Positions 11,621-23,995 of a stretch of DNA of 44,741 bases are shown here, piece by piece (positions within the stretch are counted from its first letter, which is position 1; every line of letters begins with the position of its first letter). Location: contig NC_068981.1 in NCBI RefSeq assembly GCF_001194135.2, positions 9,216,576 through 9,261,316 on the forward strand, written 5' to 3'. A program made the translations under genes and the position numbers. A model generated the notes under the pieces. It ran no database searches. It saw only the letters and a program-made list of their open reading frames with translations, and was not told the origin of the DNA. The DNA comes from Octopus bimaculoides. Lineage: Eukaryota.

Positions 11621-13739
11621 GGGTTGATATGCTTAGATGAATGTTGCAGAAATATACCTTTTACTACAACTGTTCTATATCATTGCAAGGAGTTGCTGAA
11701 AGACTTGTCCAAGCACAAACCATCACACACCCCCCAACAATGATTAAGTGGTCTCTGTGAAACAAGATGTAACTAGCCATGCTAAAAACACCATCTCAGA
11801 GTAAAGAAAGTACCCATATTTCCATGACTGTAATGAAACTGGAGTCAATACTTTCAAAGTAAAAGCCTAAAAGGTGGCCACTGTTTCGTATTCTGTAGGC
11901 ATTTCAAAACAGTAATTTTGATCTGAACTTAAGCCTATGGGGTGTATTGTTCTTGTTTAGTTTCCCAAGGTTTTATGCATTGCTATCCAATGCTGGTTTT
12001 CAAACCACCTTCTATCTCTTTATCACATATCACTAGACTCAATAAATTTTCATATCTATCCATTACTGCATAAACTCTCTGTAAATTACAATTAAAATGA
12101 AAAAAAAAAGAAAAGTAATAAAATTGATACCATGAAAAAAACCCAAAGAAATAAAAAAAAAAGATGTCAGTTTTAAATTTCTTTTATTTTCAAAACCAAA
12201 CAAAAAACATTTGGAATATGATCATTTGTTATATTTAATAATATATCACACTCGTCAATGTTCTGGTGTAAGATAAAAAAAAAAAAAAGTGGGGGGGGAT
12301 CATGATAATTTATGATGGCAATAAAGTGGCCAACAAAGAAATTTAGTGCTGAACCAGAAATATGTAAAAGAAAACCAGAGATATATTTTTTTGACCAAAC
12401 TGTTCTATATCCATAGATCATGCTAGCAGGAATAGAATGGTGCTTTTACAAAGTTGTTTCCTGTTGGAGTGATTAGTTTAACAGCTGGATGTAATATCAT
12501 GGTTAACCCCACTATTTATAGCAAAGTACAACTCAAGTCTTCTGGTGTTAGTAAGATCAACTGAAGGAAACAGAATTATGACCACAACACAACAGCTGTC
12601 GCAATGAGGTTCAAACATGACAACGGAGTTTAAAGCCTGGCACCTTCACCTCACATAAAAGACTAATAATGGTTTAATATCTAACTGTTTGTGATTGACA
12701 GTTTTCATAATTAGTGGGAATGCTTAACGATAAAAACAACAATCAATAATATTAAATTAATCAATATGATTATTAAGTAGAAACTTGCAAAGGTTTGTAA
12801 TAAACTCAAGAGAAACTAATATTGCAATAACTTAATATCTCAAATACTTCAGAATCATTTTTTTATTCAGATAAATTTAAAATTTGTCTACTGACAACAG
12901 GCCACTACAAAATTAAATTTTAGTACTTCATTTTTTTTTTTTTTTTTTAATGTTAGCAGTAAGGTTCAAGTGTTGGCCTAGCAACTTCAAGGTCATAAGT
13001 TCATATTTTACAACTTTCATTGTCTTATATGTTTGAGCAAAGCACTGAGATCTATTTGCTCCAGCTGAGTGGAAAGTGGTAGGAAATATACCCAATTCCA
13101 AAAGTAATTGCCCCAATAAATTGATGTACAATAATTTTTTTTTTTTAATCAATCACATTGGATTTCTTGAAATATCTAAATTTGTCAGTGAATGTGAAGT
13201 AACCTTCTAAGCTAAGCAAAGCTCAAATTATCTAAAACTATTTTTTCCATGTTATGCTAACAATTCTACATTTAACAAACCTATTTCAATAATTAAAACA
13301 ATTTCTTTAAACAGTTTTTTTTATTTATTCTTAACGAAAATTTGTGAACAAACAGCAGTATTACTACAAGCATTTAAATTACTTTTAGCCTTTTTCATTC
13401 CATAATCAAGTAAAATTCTATTTTTAATTTGAAAATACTAAGTTATTTCTTTTAGATGAAGTTAGCTTTTGATGTCTCCCTTAGCTTAAGATGTCCCCCT
13501 TTGATTTTCAGACCATCCTTAAACAGAACCCTTAATTTGTAGGAGTGGAGTTATTTAAATGAAGCCAACTTATTTTTTGGAATTTATTTTATAAATTTTC
13601 AGGAGATTGATTTTTTTTAACCAAGGATAAACTAAGAAATTTCATTTGGCACTTTACTATTTCTGTAAAACCCACCCCATCTCTATTAACCAATATTCAC
13701 CCCTCACACTGGAATAGGCCTTAAGTGTGCTTAAGAAGG

Positions 13740-14020
13740 GAAACTTCAGTTATCTTTTAATAGTTATTTTACTGATCTCAGAGGAGTGAAAGGCAAACCT
13801 GACCCAGCAAGATTTGAACTCGGAATGTAGAAAGACAAAACTAAATACCATTAGGCAGTTACTATCACAAAAACTACCAAATCTGCTACTGCACCTTTAT
13901 ATTATCACATGAAATTCTAACTTTCGAATGAGGCCACAGGTTTATAAGAAACAAGAACATTGCTAGAATTTAGTTTAGAGGGACAAAGGTAGCCTCGGCA
14001 GGATTTGAAACTGGAACATA
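13740..14020 (-). mobile_element. SINE fragments
   Basis: Reverse complement of the GAGTTCAAAT...GGTC...CCTTTCA core also seen at 30705-30865. Confidence 0.5.
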
Positions 14021-14616
14021 GAGATATATAACTGAGGCAGTCTAATCCAGTTTAATACTGACAGCAATACTCAAGAATTCCTCTTACAATTAATTGCTAC
14101 ATGCACTGAGTGTCCTGATACAATATTACATCCTCAAAGTAACTTCTTCGACAATAGCTACCACTAATATTAATATTCTCAATAAAGAATAAAAACTATA
14201 CAGCGTACCGAGTTCCTCACATCAACCCAATGAGTACCAACTACTCAAAACAAACTTTCTAATACAACTCCTCATATCTACACAGTACTCAGCTACTGTT
14301 CCCATTACAAGAAAGAGCTACTCACACAAACAACCCGAATATAAAGCATCAACCGACCTCAACATTGAAAAGCAACTATTTTATAGAGATTATAAATTAC
14401 TCACAGCAAACACCAGTAACATTTCAATAAAGCCGCTACTTACAACAACGACATTATGTGATTGTTAACACAGCACTGTTATTTTAATCTAAAGATATCT
14501 GCTTAGTAAATTTACAATCCACAAATAAAATGAAGCTTAGTGCTTACCAGATCAAATCAGCTGAATAAAGATGCTAGAATTTAGGTAAAGCAGTTCTCCA
14601 TTTAGATCAATGAACA

Positions 14617-14622
14617 TTTATT
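14617..14622 (-). promoter_or_regulatory. Candidate AIRIM polyadenylation signal (AATAAA)
   Basis: AATAAA on the minus strand about 280 nt after the stop. The region is AT-rich, so a chance match is possible. Confidence 0.35.
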
Positions 14623-14904
14623 GATTCTTTAACTGCTGCCTCAATACCAAATAACTATTCAAATTGTTAAATATAACAAGATTTAGACAGAAATAAAATA
14701 TCTTCCAAAAGTCACCATTTCTCAAGTTCCTCTTTGACTTTCATCGAAAACTTCTCAATCTTTGGTGTCTTTTGAAACACACTTGGATTTTCCCTGAGAG
14801 CAATGACATGTTTAACCCAATTAATTACAAATAAGTTTTGTTTTCTTTTAGTATTGATCCGGAGAATGTACCCAATGAGATCCTGCTTGATTCCCAAACC
14901 TTAA

Positions 14905-14945
14905 TTACGGTTCGTTCATGAAATCCTCCAAGTAAAGAAGTCTTT
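14905..14945 (-). CDS. AIRIM: AIRIM terminal coding exon (ERLLYLEDFMNEP*)
   Basis: Acceptor ttctttgtttttcag|, phase 1 compatible with exon 3. Aligns with the recalled human C-terminus DILLNVSFFLEE. The total CDS is 603 nt, or 200 aa. Confidence 0.75.
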
Positions 14946-15299
14946 CTGAAAAACAAAGAAACAAACAATAAAATTTACAGAAAATTCAACAATAAAACAA
15001 AGAAACAAACAATAAAAAGTCAATGTGAAAGAAAGAACAGTGAGTAAGGGTTTGTGTGCTGACAAATGTCTTGGTTAAATGTTTAGGAACAAACTGACAT
15101 TTGTGAAAAAGATGCAATCAGGATATTCTAATATTTTTTAAACAGGTAACAAATCATGATGGTACAAAAGAATATTTATCGTAAAACCCATCAGAAATAC
15201 AGAAAAAGAAAGATCTTTAAATAATCCAATCTCAGTAGATTCTTGATCATTTGATTGAGTTGAGACCAAACACAAACAAAATCAGTTTTTCACAATAAA

Positions 15300-15750
15300 T
15301 GCTAATTGTGAAGTTTCTGACAAAAGACTATTGTTAAATGCCACCATTCTCTCTCTTGCTACCCAGAACCATCTCACTTGTTAGCCAACAGCCATATTAT
15401 AGTGGCCATTCCCTCGTTAGACCACCAAATTCTCTTTCTCTCTCTATTCAGTTCCTACAGCCTACTCAAATACTTCATCTCTCTTCTCCTCCTCTGTCAA
15501 TGTTATCATCAATACTATCCTGCTGCTAGCATCCCTCTAGCCCCTTCCCAATTTCTGTACCCCTACCCCATCAATCTTTATAAGAATTACTTACCTAATT
15601 ACCTCTGTCCCACTTCCCCTATCCCAGCTTCCACACACTCTTGCAACCCCCCTCCACTTACTACTACTCCTACCTGAGGTGTCACCTGGACACTTCATCA
15701 CCACTCTCTCTCTCTCTCTTTGGAGATATCACCAAATCATTCTCTCTCTC
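15300..15750 (+). mobile_element. Pyrimidine-rich repeat, probable PLE 3' remnant
   Basis: Same compositional style as 5740-6325, 34260-34960 and 36190-36850. Confidence 0.3.
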
Positions 15751-16289
15751 CTTAATATGAACAGCCATGCAGCTGCTCAACAATCTGTTCGAAAATATAA
15801 GGACACAGATCGTGTCATATAGCCAGCTGGAGACAATGTCTCCTGGGGCTAAATTACAGCAACATTAGTCCTAAACCAGGACTGCCATGTTATGTTATGT
15901 TGGCGATCTTTACTATAAAAAAAGTTATTTAGATCTAAAATTGATTGGTGGCGTTACTTACTCTCCTATAACGTTGCTACAAATTTTGATGTAAACTTTT
16001 TCTACTGGAGCAAATCTCCATTGTTTTTTTCCCGTCAAAATGTAGCTAGGGACCAGTCCTCTTCAAAAATGTTAACAGTTTTTAATTTGGTTAAGAACTG
16101 AATTATTGACAAGCTCTGAAAGATGCTGCATGTGAGTAAATTGCGACCTTAAGAATATTATTCAACCACTACCGTAGTTGAATGATTCTCCATGATTAAA
16201 AGAAGTGTGTTTAAAAGAAATAAAAACAGGTTCCACACAACAGATTAAGTGTCAATAATTCCCTGGATTTGATAATCCACTCAGATGAA

Positions 16290-16550
16290 ATAGAAAACTT
16301 GTACCAATAAAGTGAAAGACCACACACTAGACTTTAGCAGATACCTCACTATTAAATTAATGAACCCATCAATTATTAGATATAGGTAAGATCGGCAAAA
16401 GATTACAGTAGTTCCTCTAATTCAACACCAAATGCAACTTGGCCTCTGGATGAATACAAGGGAGGTAATTGAGTGGTTAAACTGCAGAAATAAAATTCAA
16501 ATGAAGCTCGTTCTTCAGTTGGATATGGTTACAGCTCAATCACACTTCCC
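16290..16550 (+). mobile_element. Ancient Penelope-like RT fragment
   Basis: Broken translation KDHTLDF...KLMNPS..IGKIGK...WMNTREVIEWL...VLQLDM resembles the PLE RT segment KDHK.NF..RLINP.K..IGKISK..W.NT..VI.WF...F.QFDI. Confidence 0.55.
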
Positions 16551-17249
16551 CTATTAAAGGTAGCCATTAGGTTATGCTAGAATGATTACCTATATGGATG
16601 ACAGTGATATGCAGATAATCCTATACGTGTAGTTAGTTGTGACATCCCTTTACAGTTCATAAAAATGTTATGACTCCAGTGGGAGGGAACAAATGATTCA
16701 GTAGAAGTCACAAACCTGCTCAGACTTTATAACCTTCACAACAATAGATTAGTCTATAGATTGTTCATGAATGGTTTCTATTGAAATGATCAGACTTGTA
16801 ACTGGTCCGTACATTTACGTCCACACATAACACTAACCCATAGAATATCAACTGTATTAAGGACCTTTACATATTCTTATGATGTCTAGGATTTTCGAGG
16901 GTTTGCAATCTCTATTCCCATAAAATGGTTATTATAACTTTTTTTCTCTGCATGCAAAACTAAATTTCCTGTAAAAATTCCAATGGATTATTGCAATCTT
17001 ATACCAACACTGTTTGTATTTATTCTGACATTCCAATACAAGGTGAGCTGTGGTCTCTTCCGAATCATCGCACATTCTACAGTTGGTGAACAGCTCTGCC
17101 TATCTATCATCCTCTCTTGATCCAATCAATCTACCCTTATACTGCCATGATGATGACGATAGTGATAAATGTGATATTACATGCTTGAGATTCATGAAAT
17201 TTCCTGTTGCTGAAGTCCATAGCTCATCCAAAAACAAAAAACTAATGCA

Positions 17250-17700
17250 TCATCATCGTCATCATTCAACATCCGCTTTCCATGCTGGCATGAGTTACAT
17301 GGTTTGACTGGAACTGGTAAGCTGGAGAGCTGCACCAGGTTTCCGTCTGATTTGGCATCGTTTCTAGGGCCAGATGCCCTTCTTAACACCAACCACTCCA
17401 AGAGTGTAATAGGTGCTTTTTACATGCCACTGCCACAGGTGCCAGTTACACGACACCGGCATTGGCCATGACCATGAATTTGTCATTGCCCCAAACAGAA
17501 AAAAAAGAAAGCTACAGTATTCCAGTCTAGTACAAGTAGTGAAATGCCAGCAGAAAGTGTGGCCTCGCGTTGGATAGATAACAAGCAGTAAACAACTTAG
17601 GACAATTGTCCCAGTCTGTAACAATAAGGTGGAGGCTAAGATTCTGGCCATGCCCACCAATGCAACCCAAGATTTTATCAGGATCTTATTTTACTTGGAA
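17250..17700 (-). mobile_element. RTE 3' UTR/tail copy
   Basis: CAT-repeat tail followed by the family sequence ...ccgctttccatgctggcatg...gatgcccttc. Confidence 0.75.
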
Positions 17701-18059
17701 AGATGGGTGACCAAAAGATGGATCCCAACATGGACCAGGCTGGTGTGGTAGCAATGAGGGAGAACAAAGATTATAGCACTCAAGTTCAATCTGCAGCAGA
17801 ATAGAATGGATTTGTCTCTGAAGTTCCAGATGTTGGTGGCATCTGAGAATTTATCTGGCATCCCGGATCACTTTCAGTTTCAAGAGATTAAGCAAAATGA
17901 ATGATAGTAGAAGGGAGAAAACCACAGGTGCTAACCTATGTGACAAACCAGACCACCTGAAGGCTTTCTGACCTATGGAACAGCAAAGAGCAGAGTGCAT
18001 CAGACCATCGTCAATACCAACAATCACACGTCTACAACCAAAGAAGGAGAAGCAGTGAC

Positions 18060-18605
18060 AGTAAGAGAAAATGCCGTCAGAGTGTAAGTATCTTGAGAGA
18101 AAAGCTGAACATTAGAAGCATCAGTTGTGGCATGCAAGAGAGACGATTGCGCTGGTATGGACATGTGGTGAGAATGGAGGAGGATAGCTGCGTGAAAAAG
18201 TGCCACACCCTAACAGTTGAGGGAACCCGTGGAAGAGGTAGGCCCAGGAAGACCTGGGCTGAGGTGGTGAGGCAAGACCTTCGTACATTGGGCCTCACCG
18301 AGGCGATGACTACTGACCGAGACCTTTGGAAATGTGCTGTGCGTGAGAAGACCCGGCAAGNNNNNNNNNNGGCACATAAAAGACACCATTTCGAGCGTGG
18401 CCGTTTTCGTGCGGGTGACACGTAAAAGCACCCACTACACTCTCTGAGTGGTTGGCGTTAGGAAGGGCATCCAGCTGTAGAAACTCTGCCAAATCAGACT
18501 GGAGCCTGGTGTTGCCATCCGGTTTCACCAGTCCTCAGTCAAATCGTCCAACCCATGCTAGCATGGAAAGCGGACGTTAAACGATGATGATGATGATGAT
18601 GATGC
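18060..18605 (+). mobile_element. Young RTE LINE 3' end
   Basis: Intact ORF end (RRLRWYGHV..VEGTRGRGRPRKTW..DRDLWK), 3' UTR and (GAT)n tail. Confidence 0.9.
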
Positions 18606-18869
18606 ATACACAGAAGGGGGCCAAGAGCACATCCCCCACTGCTGACCACAACCACAAATAATAAGTATCAATGAAACAAAAGCCAGCAGTCTTTTCACAA
18701 TCTCCAAACACTTGGATTTTTCTAAAATAGAAAAACCTGGTCCTAAACTGACAATTTTTATCTAAGTGGTTTGTAAATTATTTCCTCGTATTGACCTTGG
18801 TGTCTGGCTGAAAACATAAGAGGATGAAAAAAAAGAATTATTGAACAACTACCAATAATAGTATCTAAC

Positions 18870-18985
18870 CTTGGATTTTATTGATGACTTTAGTGTCATC
18901 AAGTAACCAGGATTTGAGAAGTTGCTGCAGGATTGACACATCACCATATTTCATTTCATCAAGTAAATATTTCTTGAGGTGTAGC
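18870..18985 (-). CDS. AIRIM: AIRIM coding exon 3 (LHLKKYLLDEMKYGDVSILQQLLKSWLLDDTKVINKIQ)
   Basis: Follows the U12 branch site TTCCTTAAC (19003-18995). KYLLDEMKYGD..L.K.W aligns to recalled human KYLLSSIQWGD..LPKAW. Donor CAAG|GTTAGA. The exact 5' boundary is uncertain by a few nt (see findings). Confidence 0.8.
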
Positions 18986-19092
18986 TTAAAATTAGTTAAG
19001 GAAGCAAATTAATAAAGATGCAACTCATTAGTTTAGCTTGCCTGAAATAATCATTTATAAACATACTTTGTTTATACACAACTTCCCCCACT

Positions 19093-19093
19093 C

Positions 19094-19152
<59 letters not shown>

Positions 19153-19195
19153 CATACACACACACATACATACATGCACACACATATATATTACT
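19093..19195. repeat. (TA)n/(CA)n microsatellite inside the U12 intron
   Basis: Direct reading. Confidence 0.9.
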
Positions 19196-19594
19196 TATAA
19201 ATAAATACATCACCAACCAAAATAATAAAAATTGAAATAAATGGTTTCAGACTTCACAAAAGTGAATCCCCTCTTCATGAACTGGCAAAGGCCTATGGAT
19301 AAGGAGAACACCAGTTCAAATACAGCTGTAGGGAACCAGAAAATTACACCAGTACTAAGAAAAATAGAAACATTGAATATGTTCATCTTTTTCACATCTG
19401 TTTCTCCATGCTAACTTGGGAATGGTTATTAAGACATTCTTTTAGTACTGGGTGCCCTTCCTATCACTAACTCTTAGTGTTTTTCAAATAAGGGGCCACA
19501 TATTTCACATGTCTATGAAAGCAAAGTCAGAGGATAATTTGTTGTCAGGAAAATTACAACAAACTACAGTACATGCAGTTCAGTAGTTTTCTTT

Positions 19595-19822
19595 TTTTTT
19601 TTGTGCTGGTCACATAAAAAGCACCCATGCTGGTGTCATGTACAAAGCACTTGTCCTGGTGCCATGTAAAACACACCCAGTACACTTTGTAAAATGGTTG
19701 GTGTTAGGAAGGACATCCAGCCATAAAAAAAACCATGCCAAATCAGACAGCTGGAGTCTGATACAGCTCCTTTGAAACCATTCAACCCATGCCAGCATGG
19801 AAAACAGACGTTAAATGATGAG
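19595..19822 (+). mobile_element. RTE 3' UTR/tail copy
   Basis: aaaagcaccc...ggaaggacatccagc...acgttaaatgatga. Confidence 0.75.
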
Positions 19823-19999
19823 GTTTGGACAAAAGAAAGGGCTGAAACAGGTTTCTTGCTATAGAGGAACTACATGGTTAGAGTGGGTAGGAGTGATCAA
19901 GCATAAGCTGAGTGGGAGTGGTGACAGAAGAACAGGGGATGTGAGAGGGTAGAGGTTGCAAGATTATATGAGGAGAGACTGAGGGATGGTAAGAGATGG

Positions 20000-20760
20000 A
20001 AAGAGGGTGAAGGAGCTGGGGTTCAAATATAATGAATGAAGAATAAAGGTTGAGGACTGGCTGATGATAAATGCACTTCTCTCCATCACAATTTTCCCTG
20101 ACTCGCTGTCTTGCAAATCAAAACACATCAAGCTGTTGGTTCTCACACCACAGAACATTGGCAAACTTCTTCCTTTCTGCTTCACCCCTAGCTAAGTATA
20201 CCTATCCCTTAGATTCTATTCTCACTACCCAAAATAGTTCCCTGTTCCAGTCCTTCCAGGCCCGCTTCTTTGCTCTAATGGCTCTGTCAACTACACAGTT
20301 CCACTACCATGTCACTCCAAGTCTGGTTGGGACTTTGCAACCAGCCACAAATTTGGTCTGTAGCTCTCAATGAGTTGTCTCGTAGGAACTTCCAGTTATC
20401 CGCTATGTTACCTGTCTGTAACTCTTCCTCCTTCTCATTAAATGCTTCAGTTAGGATGTCTCTAAATCTCTGGCTATTCAAAAGAGCCTTAAGCTTCCAG
20501 GTCCTTTTCCAAATTGGCTTGCTTCTTGAAATCCTTCATGCCTGTGGTCTGAAACCACTGACTAATCTATGCTGAGGGATACATTCTTCACCTGGGAAAG
20601 TCTCTGCATTTATGAGCAACCATGAATCTTTCTTTCCGATGAGAATGTAGTCAATCTGGCTAGTATGGTCACCAGATTTATAGGTTATCAGGTGACTGAC
20701 TGGTTTCCTGAAATTATATATATAGCCTCCAGAACCTCAATTTCACCAAGACGGGTGGAT
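20000..20760 (-). mobile_element. Degenerate RTE fragment (endonuclease C-terminus/linker)
   Basis: SQIDYILI..DRKRFMVAHKCRDFPGEECIPQHRLV. Confidence 0.7.
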
Positions 20761-21172
20761 GTATCACTGCTCATCTCTCTATTATGACATGGAGGGCTAG
20801 ATAAATAAGAGGGGACTAAGAATTGAAACACACATACACACGTTTGTATCAGTTTAACCTCATCACTTGAGCTTAAGTCAATCTATTGCAAGTAATCAAA
20901 GCAAATGACATGTTCCTCATTCCTGCAAAGACTGACCTACAGGTGGCCAGGTTATTCATTACACATCAATTTCACCAATCTGGGAGATAATTCTATAGAG
21001 TTCAGAACCAATGGAATATATTTCACTAGCTTATCACTCAATCAGTCATCATAATTGCTTTCCATGTGGACAGGAGTAGACACTAATATTCAATAAATAT
21101 TCACTTGATTTATTCCTTAAAAAAAAAAATGAAGTGATCAATAATGTAAAGAATGAAATCAACAAAGGATAT

Positions 21173-21334
21173 TGTACAAAAACCTGTCTTTCTGTATCAT
21201 CTAACCATTCCAACATGGTAGCCAGAGTTGGGGACATAGCTCTGCTCTCAGTCAAATAAACCATGTCGGGTTTTTGTTCAAAAGCATTGATTCTTGCTTG
21301 ATTCACTTTATCATAAGATTTTTGAAATTCACAT
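21173..21334 (-). CDS. AIRIM: AIRIM coding exon 2 (ICEFQKSYDKVNQARINAFEQKPDMVYLTESRAMSPTLATMLEWLDDTERQVFVQ)
   Basis: Acceptor ttttcatttttag| at 21335/21334, phase compatible with exon 1. SPTLATMLEWLDDTER matches recalled human SPSVADMLEWLQDIER. Ends at the U12 donor CA|ATATCCTTTG. Confidence 0.88.
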
Positions 21335-21489
21335 CTAAAAATGAAAAGACAGAGATATTACTTCAATAAAATAGAATACAGTTAATAACTTTATCATATC
21401 GATATCTGCCAATTCTGATAGAAACATTAATAAAAAAAAATATGTACAATAAAGACTGTAAACAAACAGGAAACAACTTCTATCTCATT

Positions 21490-22379
21490 CCAGGGTGAAA
21501 AACTAGAGGTAGTCGATAGCTTCTGCTATCTGGGCGACCAAGTTAGTAGTGGGGGTGGGTGCGCTGAAAGTGTAGCTGCTAGAATAAGAATAGCCTGGGC
21601 AAAGTTTAGAGAGCTCTTACCCCTGCTGGCGACAAAGGGACTCTCACTCAGAGTAAAAGGCAGACTGTATGACGCATGCGTACGAAGAGCCATGCTACAT
21701 GGCAGTGAAACATGGGCTGTAACTGCTGAGGACATACGTAAGCTCGCAAGGAATGAAGCCAGTATACTCCATTGGATGTGTAATGTCANNNNNNNNNNNN
21801 NNNNNNNNNNNNNNNNNNNNNNNNNNNNNNNNNNNNNNNNNNNNNNNNNNNNNNNNNNNNNNNNNNNNNNNNNNNNNNNNNNNNNNNNNNNNNNNNNNNN
21901 NNNNNNNNNNNNNNNNNNNNNNNNNNNNNNNNNNNNNNNNNNNNNNNNNNNNNNNNNNNNNNNNNNNNNNNNNNNNNNNNNNNNNNNNNNNNNNNNNNNN
22001 NNNNNNNNNNNNNNNNNNNNNNNNNNNNNNNNNNNNNNNNNNNNNNNNNNNNNNNNNNNNNNNNNNNNNNNNNNNNNNNNNNNNNNNNNNNNNNNNNNNN
22101 NNNNNNNNNNNNNNCCGGCAAGCCAAGTAAGATCGTTGCCAGTGCCCCTGGACTGGTTCTTGTGCGGGTGGCACATGAGATGCACCATTTCGAGCGTGGC
22201 CGTTTTCGTGCGGGTGACACGTAAAAGCACCCACTACACTCTGAGTGGTTGGCGTTAGGAAGGGCATCCAGCTGTAGAAACTCTGCCAAATTAGATTGGA
22301 GCCTGGTGTTGCCATCCGGTTTCACCAGTCCTCAGTCAAATCGTCCAACCCATGCTAGCATGGAAAGCGGACGTTAAAC

Positions 22380-22410
<31 letters not shown>
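21490..22410 (+). mobile_element. Young 5'-truncated RTE LINE (internal gap)
   Basis: EVVDSFCYLGD..RIRIAWAKFREL..GRLYDACVR.AMLHGSETW is open in frame. The 3' UTR is nearly identical to the copy at 18370-18605. Confidence 0.9.
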
Positions 22411-22509
22411 TACAAACCCAAAAGATAAAAATTATATTTCAAGATCAGAACTAATGACATAACATGACATACAGATTTCACTAACACTCTCCAATTCCAT
22501 ACGTCCACC

Positions 22510-23300
22510 TCTATCATCATCATCATCATTTTCGTCCACTTTCTAGGTTGTCATGGGTTAGATGAATCCTCATAATCAGAGTCAGCTGCTATTTGAGTCA
22601 CCACCTTTCTAGATGAGTCAGGAACCACATTTTCCTTATACATTGTTTTCTTCACAGGGTTTGTATGGCTGGATGTTCTTCCTAACACTAACCACTGTAC
22701 AACTGGGTATATTTTACCATGGTATTAACACTAGAGAGATTGTCTTGTCCTCAGCAAAACTAAAAGATTTTCTCTATTCTATACTGTGCCTATTTGTTTA
22801 CCAACCACCTTACAGAGTTCACTACTGAGTACAGTTTGTCTCAGCACCAACACTAAAGAGATTACTTTCTACACAGTCAGAGTATCTCAACTTTATGTTG
22901 TCTGTCTGTTCAAGGTAATCTAACATTCCTGTAATTTGAGGGTATGCCCTGACACATCTTCACTACAACCATATGTCTCCCCTGCAGCAAGAAACCTGTG
23001 CCTGTCCCTCTATGCGACTTCGACCTGTCATCATGTGACATCTGTCAACCTCTCTCAATACTACTTCTCCCACCCTCAGCTGAAGGGTCTCGTGAGTCAC
23101 TTGGTTAACCTCACTAGTGCTGGCAGTACATAAAACGTAACCAGTACTTTCTGTAAAATGACTGGCATTAGGAAGGACATCCAGCTGCAGAAACCAAGCC
23201 AAAGCAGACATTTGAGCATTGTGCAATCCTCTATCTCACCATCTGCTGTCGAACTGTTCAACCCATGCCAGCATGGATAACAGACGTTAATTGATGATGA
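22510..23300. mobile_element. Older RTE 3' UTR copies (one minus at about 22510-22740, one plus at about 23100-23300)
   Basis: Family motifs and CAT/GAT tails. Confidence 0.6.
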
Positions 23301-23461
23301 TAATTATACATGCACACGTATTTATACATGCACCTATATCTACACACAGAGTAAATAAGATGGAAAAGGAAAAAATATTTCCAAAGGTAGGGGAGCGAGT
23401 AAATGATGGTCATCCATGTACAAATCTTGTATTAGAGTCAATGAGAAATTGAAATCCTTAC

Positions 23462-23745
23462 ATTGTGGCTTGAACTGCACACAGTTTTTGTTCTATCTTC
23501 TCCACAATCACATAAAGTAACTTGGATTTTACTTCATTCAGACTAGCAGGGAGCTCTAAAGATTCCACATTTGCTTCATAACAACACTGGTATTGTTCAC
23601 ATAAGTTAAAAAGTTCCTTAAGTTGCACTTCTTGCTGACGAGCACATTCCTGCCACACAGATGCACAATGTTGTACTGCAAGAAATGCATGACGAAGCTT
23701 GCATTTCAAGACTTCGGTTTTTTGAACTTGGACAATGTTTGGCAT
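23462..23745 (-). CDS. AIRIM: C1orf109/AIRIM orthologue, coding exon 1 (MPNIVQVQKTEVLKCKLRHAFLAVQHCASVWQ...LCAVQAT)
   Basis: ATG at 23745, preceded by a strong acceptor (ttttcttttgcag|, exon begins 23756). Donor AT|GTAAGG at 23462/23461, phase 2. Resembles the recalled human C1orf109 N-terminus (LKKCFPVVEEQQGLWQ). Confidence 0.85.
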
Positions 23746-23995
23746 ATTTCATTCTACTGCAAAAGAAAAAAGAAAATAACTTGTTTACAAAAAAAATTAA
23801 GTTTCTATAATGTTCTAAATGTTTAATATAAAGTCACCAGAGAAATTATTTTGAATAATATTTTTAAAATAATTTATAAATATCATTTACAACCCAGAAA
23901 GAGATGGATAAGGTTTGCTTGCATATTAAAATAGGAAAATAAAAAACAAATGTTTCCTTTTTTTTCTATTCTACCAATTTATGTTATTGAATTAG

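Larger units (their letters stand above)
18986..21172 (-). other. U12-type (minor spliceosome) intron of AIRIM
   Basis: 5' end ATATCCTTTG (21172-21163) and branch TTCCTTAAC (19003-18995), both matching U12 consensus, at the position where protein homology requires an intron. Confidence 0.85.

Noticed and set aside
14712-14897. 61-aa minus-strand ORF as an AIRIM exon
   Set aside because: It lies after the in-frame stop at 14905, so it is 3' UTR. No homology.
18864-18870. AIRIM ending at GGT TAG just after exon 3
   Set aside because: A downstream exon with a strong acceptor, correct phase and C-terminal similarity exists at 14945. This could at most be an intron-retention isoform.
21049-21172. 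Read-through of AIRIM exon 2 (YPLLISFF...) as the true C-terminus
   Set aside because: Homology stops exactly at the ATATCCTT U12 donor and resumes at 18985.
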